DNA from: an uncultured Burkholderiales bacterium
Lineage (GTDB): Bacteria; Pseudomonadota; Gammaproteobacteria; Burkholderiales; Thiobacillaceae
NCBI GenBank assembly: GCA_937925755.1
Contig: CALAMX010000028.1
Span: 1 to 34,329, forward strand
Length of the DNA stretch: 34,329 nucleotides
Direction of reading: 5' to 3'
Below are positions 32,063 through 34,329 of this stretch, piece by piece; position 1 is the first letter of the stretch, and each line of letters begins with the position of its first letter. Under the pieces are notes generated by a model. It was given only the letters and a program-made list of their open reading frames with translations. It made no database searches and had not been told where the DNA came from. Both the position numbers and the translations under genes were made by a program.

Positions 32063-34329
32063 ATGACGATGTCCGAGACCCTACGTCACACCCTAGAGCT
32101 GCCCATCGCCGGCATGACCTGTGCCGCCTGCTCGACGCGGCTGGAGAAAAACCTCAACCGCCTGGCAGGTGTCAAGGCCAGCGTCAATCTCGCGACGGAG
32201 AAGGCATGGGTGGAATACGACCCCAATCTGACGCAGCCTGCCGACATCATCGCCCAGGTGGAGAAGACCGGCTTCACCGTCCCGGCGCAGACGCTTAACC
32301 TGGCGATCTCCGGCATGACCTGTGCTGCCTGTGCGACGCGCATCGAGCGCGTCCTCGATGCCCTCCCCGGTGTGGCGGCACGTGTGAATCTCGCCAGCGA
32401 ACGAGCGCGGGTGCGCTACTTGCCGGGGCTGGCCAATGCCGAGGCCATCATCGACGCGGTGCGGCGAGCAGGTTACCAGGCCACCCCAATCACCGAGGCC
32501 AGCCGCGCCGAGGAGAATGCCAGAAAGGCAGCGGAGTTTCGGCGCGAGCTGCGCGTCTTCGGCATCGCCGCCCTGCTCACCCTACCGTTGGTGGCACAGA
32601 TGTTGCCCATGCTGGTCGGCCAGGGCCATGCCGATTGGCTACCCGGCTGGCTGCAGTGGGGGCTTGCCACCCCGGTGCAGTTCTGGGTCGGGCGCCGCTT
32701 CTACGTCGGGGCCTGGCACGCCCTGCGCGGCGGTGGCGCCAACATGGACGTGCTGGTTGCACTCGGCACCAGCGCCGCCTACTTCTACAGCCTAGCGGTG
32801 CTGATCTTCAACCCCGGCGGGCATCTGTACTTCGAGGCAAGTGCGGCCGTCATCACCCTGGTGCGCCTGGGCAAGCTGCTGGAGACGCGCGCCAAGAGCC
32901 GCACCTCGGCGGCGATCGAGCAGCTCATGGCGCTCGCCCCCGCCACCGCCCGCGTCGAGCGCGGCGGCGAGGTGGTGGAGGTGGCCGCGACCGCCCTCAA
33001 ACCCGGCGACATCGTCGTGGTACGCGCCGGCGAGCGTATCCCCGTCGATGGCGTGGTGATCGAGGGCAGCTCCGGCGTGGATGAGGCCATGCTCACCGGC
33101 GAGTCGATGCCGGTGGCGAAACAGGTGGGCGACCGCGTCTATGCCGGCACCCAGAACCTCGATGGTCTCATCAAGCTGCGCGCCGAGGGCGTGGGGGCGC
33201 AGACCCAGCTCATGGAGATCGTGCGCCTGACCGAGGCCGCGCAGGGCTCCAAGGCGCCCATCCAGCAACTGGCCGACCGCGTCGCGGGCATCTTCGTGCC
33301 GGCAGTGGTCCTGCTCGCCCTGGCCACCTTCGCCGTCTGGTGGTCGATCACCGGTGAACTTACACAAGGTCTCATCCCCGCCGTGGCGGTCCTGGTCATC
33401 GCCTGTCCCTGCGCCCTGGGGCTCGCCACACCCACCGCGGTGATGGTGGGGCTGGGACGCGGCGCCCAGCTCGGCATCCTGGTGCGCTCGGCCGCCGCCC
33501 TGGAACGCGCCGAACGTCTCTCCATCCTTGCGGTGGATAAGACCGGCACCCTAACCGAGGGCCGTCCCGCCCTGCACGCCATCGACACGGACGGCGCGGT
33601 CAGCGAGGACGAGGCCCTACGCCTGGCGGCGGCCCTGGAACAGGGCGTGCGCCACCCCCTGGCCGAGGCGCTGCTGGCCGCGGCGCGCGCGCGCGGCCTT
33701 GCCCCGCCTGCCGCCGAGGCGATTGAGAACGTGGGCGGGCATGGCGTGCGCGGCCGGGTGGCGGGGCGCACCTTGGTCTTGGGCGACCCTGCCTGGCTGG
33801 AGGAGCAGGGTCTGGCCGGCGCCACCACCCGCGCCCAGGCGTTGACCACCGCTGCCCAGACCGTGGTCGCCCTGGCTGAGTCGGATCCCCAATCCGGCCG
33901 CCTACACCTGTTGGCCTGGTACACCCTGGCCGATCCCCTACGCCCCGGTGCGATCGCCGCCATCCAGCGGCTGAAGCAAAGCGGCGTGCAGGTGGTGATG
34001 TTGACCGGCGACAACCCGGCCGCGGCCGCCGCCATCGCCAAGGCGGTGGGGATCACCGACTACCGCGCCCAGGTCCGACCGCAAGACAAGGCAGCCAGCG
34101 TCGAGGCACTCAAGGCCGCCGGCCGCATCGTTGGTATGGCCGGCGATGGCATCAACGACGCGCCAGCGCTCGCTGCGGCCGATGTCGGCTTCGCCATGCG
34201 CTCCGGCGCCGACATTGCCCTGGAGGCTGCGGACATCACCCTCATGCACGACGATCTCGCCGCCGTGGCCGATGCCCTGGCGCTGGCACGTGCGGTCATG
34301 CGTAAGATTCGGCAAAACCTGTTCTTTGC
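32063..34329 (+). CDS. copA: Copper-translocating P1B-type ATPase CopA, 3'-truncated by the window edge (not in the supplied ORF track)
   Basis: The frame is open from ATG 32063 to the end of the window. It has two N-terminal HMA domains (GMTCAAC twice), TGES, CPC, DKTGTLT and GDGINDAP motifs. The long minus-strand ORFs over this region are shadows. Confidence 0.95.
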   Translation, partial: MTMSETLRHTLELPIAGMTCAACSTRLEKNLNRLAGVKASVNLATEKAWVEYDPNLTQPADIIAQVEKTGFTVPAQTLNLAISGMTCAACATRIERVLDALPGVAARVNLASERARVRYLPGLANAEAIIDAVRRAGYQATPITEASRAEENARKAAEFRRELRVFGIAALLTLPLVAQMLPMLVGQGHADWLPGWLQWGLATPVQFWVGRRFYVGAWHALRGGGANMDVLVALGTSAAYFYSLAVLIFNPGGHLYFEASAAVITLVRLGKLLETRAKSRTSAAIEQLMALAPATARVERGGEVVEVAATALKPGDIVVVRAGERIPVDGVVIEGSSGVDEAMLTGESMPVAKQVGDRVYAGTQNLDGLIKLRAEGVGAQTQLMEIVRLTEAAQGSKAPIQQLADRVAGIFVPAVVLLALATFAVWWSITGELTQGLIPAVAVLVIACPCALGLATPTAVMVGLGRGAQLGILVRSAAALERAERLSILAVDKTGTLTEGRPALHAIDTDGAVSEDEALRLAAALEQGVRHPLAEALLAAARARGLAPPAAEAIENVGGHGVRGRVAGRTLVLGDPAWLEEQGLAGATTRAQALTTAAQTVVALAESDPQSGRLHLLAWYTLADPLRPGAIAAIQRLKQSGVQVVMLTGDNPAAAAAIAKAVGITDYRAQVRPQDKAASVEALKAAGRIVGMAGDGINDAPALAAADVGFAMRSGADIALEAADITLMHDDLAAVADALALARAVMRKIRQNLFF

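Noticed and set aside
32240-32300. Possible copA(Z)-type programmed -1 frameshift after the first HMA domain, as in E. coli copA
   Set aside because: There is no CCCAAAG-like slippery heptamer in the corresponding region.

Overview
Visibly GC-rich proteobacterial chromosomal DNA with three blocks.

(1) Denitrification island, about 450-11600. On the minus strand sits a tightly coupled nirS-nirC-nirF-nirDL-nirG-nirH-nirJ-nirN operon (cytochrome cd1 nitrite reductase plus haem d1 biosynthesis). An unannotated 36-codon membrane micro-ORF follows it. The operon is divergent from a small 3-TM ORF plus norC-norB. The shared control region holds three FNR/Dnr-type boxes at exact 30-bp phasing.

(2) Mixed block, about 11600-26700. 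It contains:
- a secreted Met/Trp-rich tandem-repeat protein
- an EAL-CBS-GGDEF protein
- an archease-rtcB-nfi cluster
- prfB with its classical +1 frameshift
- recQ
- a vapBC-type toxin-antitoxin pair abutting lysS
- moxR-DUF58-transglutaminase (tgpA-like)

(3) Metal block, about 26800 to the end. It contains a small charged protein, nikR, a NikR operator, an ECF-type nickel importer operon (nikK-like, nikL-like, an embedded outer-membrane barrel, nikM, nikQ, nikO) and a copA P-type ATPase. copA runs off the right edge and is absent from the supplied ORF track.

The left edge carries a 286-bp MITE-like element with a target-site duplication and two tandem hairpin modules with compensated stems.

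I recognised no rRNA, tRNA, CRISPR array, transposase or integrase gene. Many long ORFs in the track are antisense shadows of real genes, as expected in GC-rich DNA. All family assignments rest on motifs read by eye and on gene order; no database search was possible.
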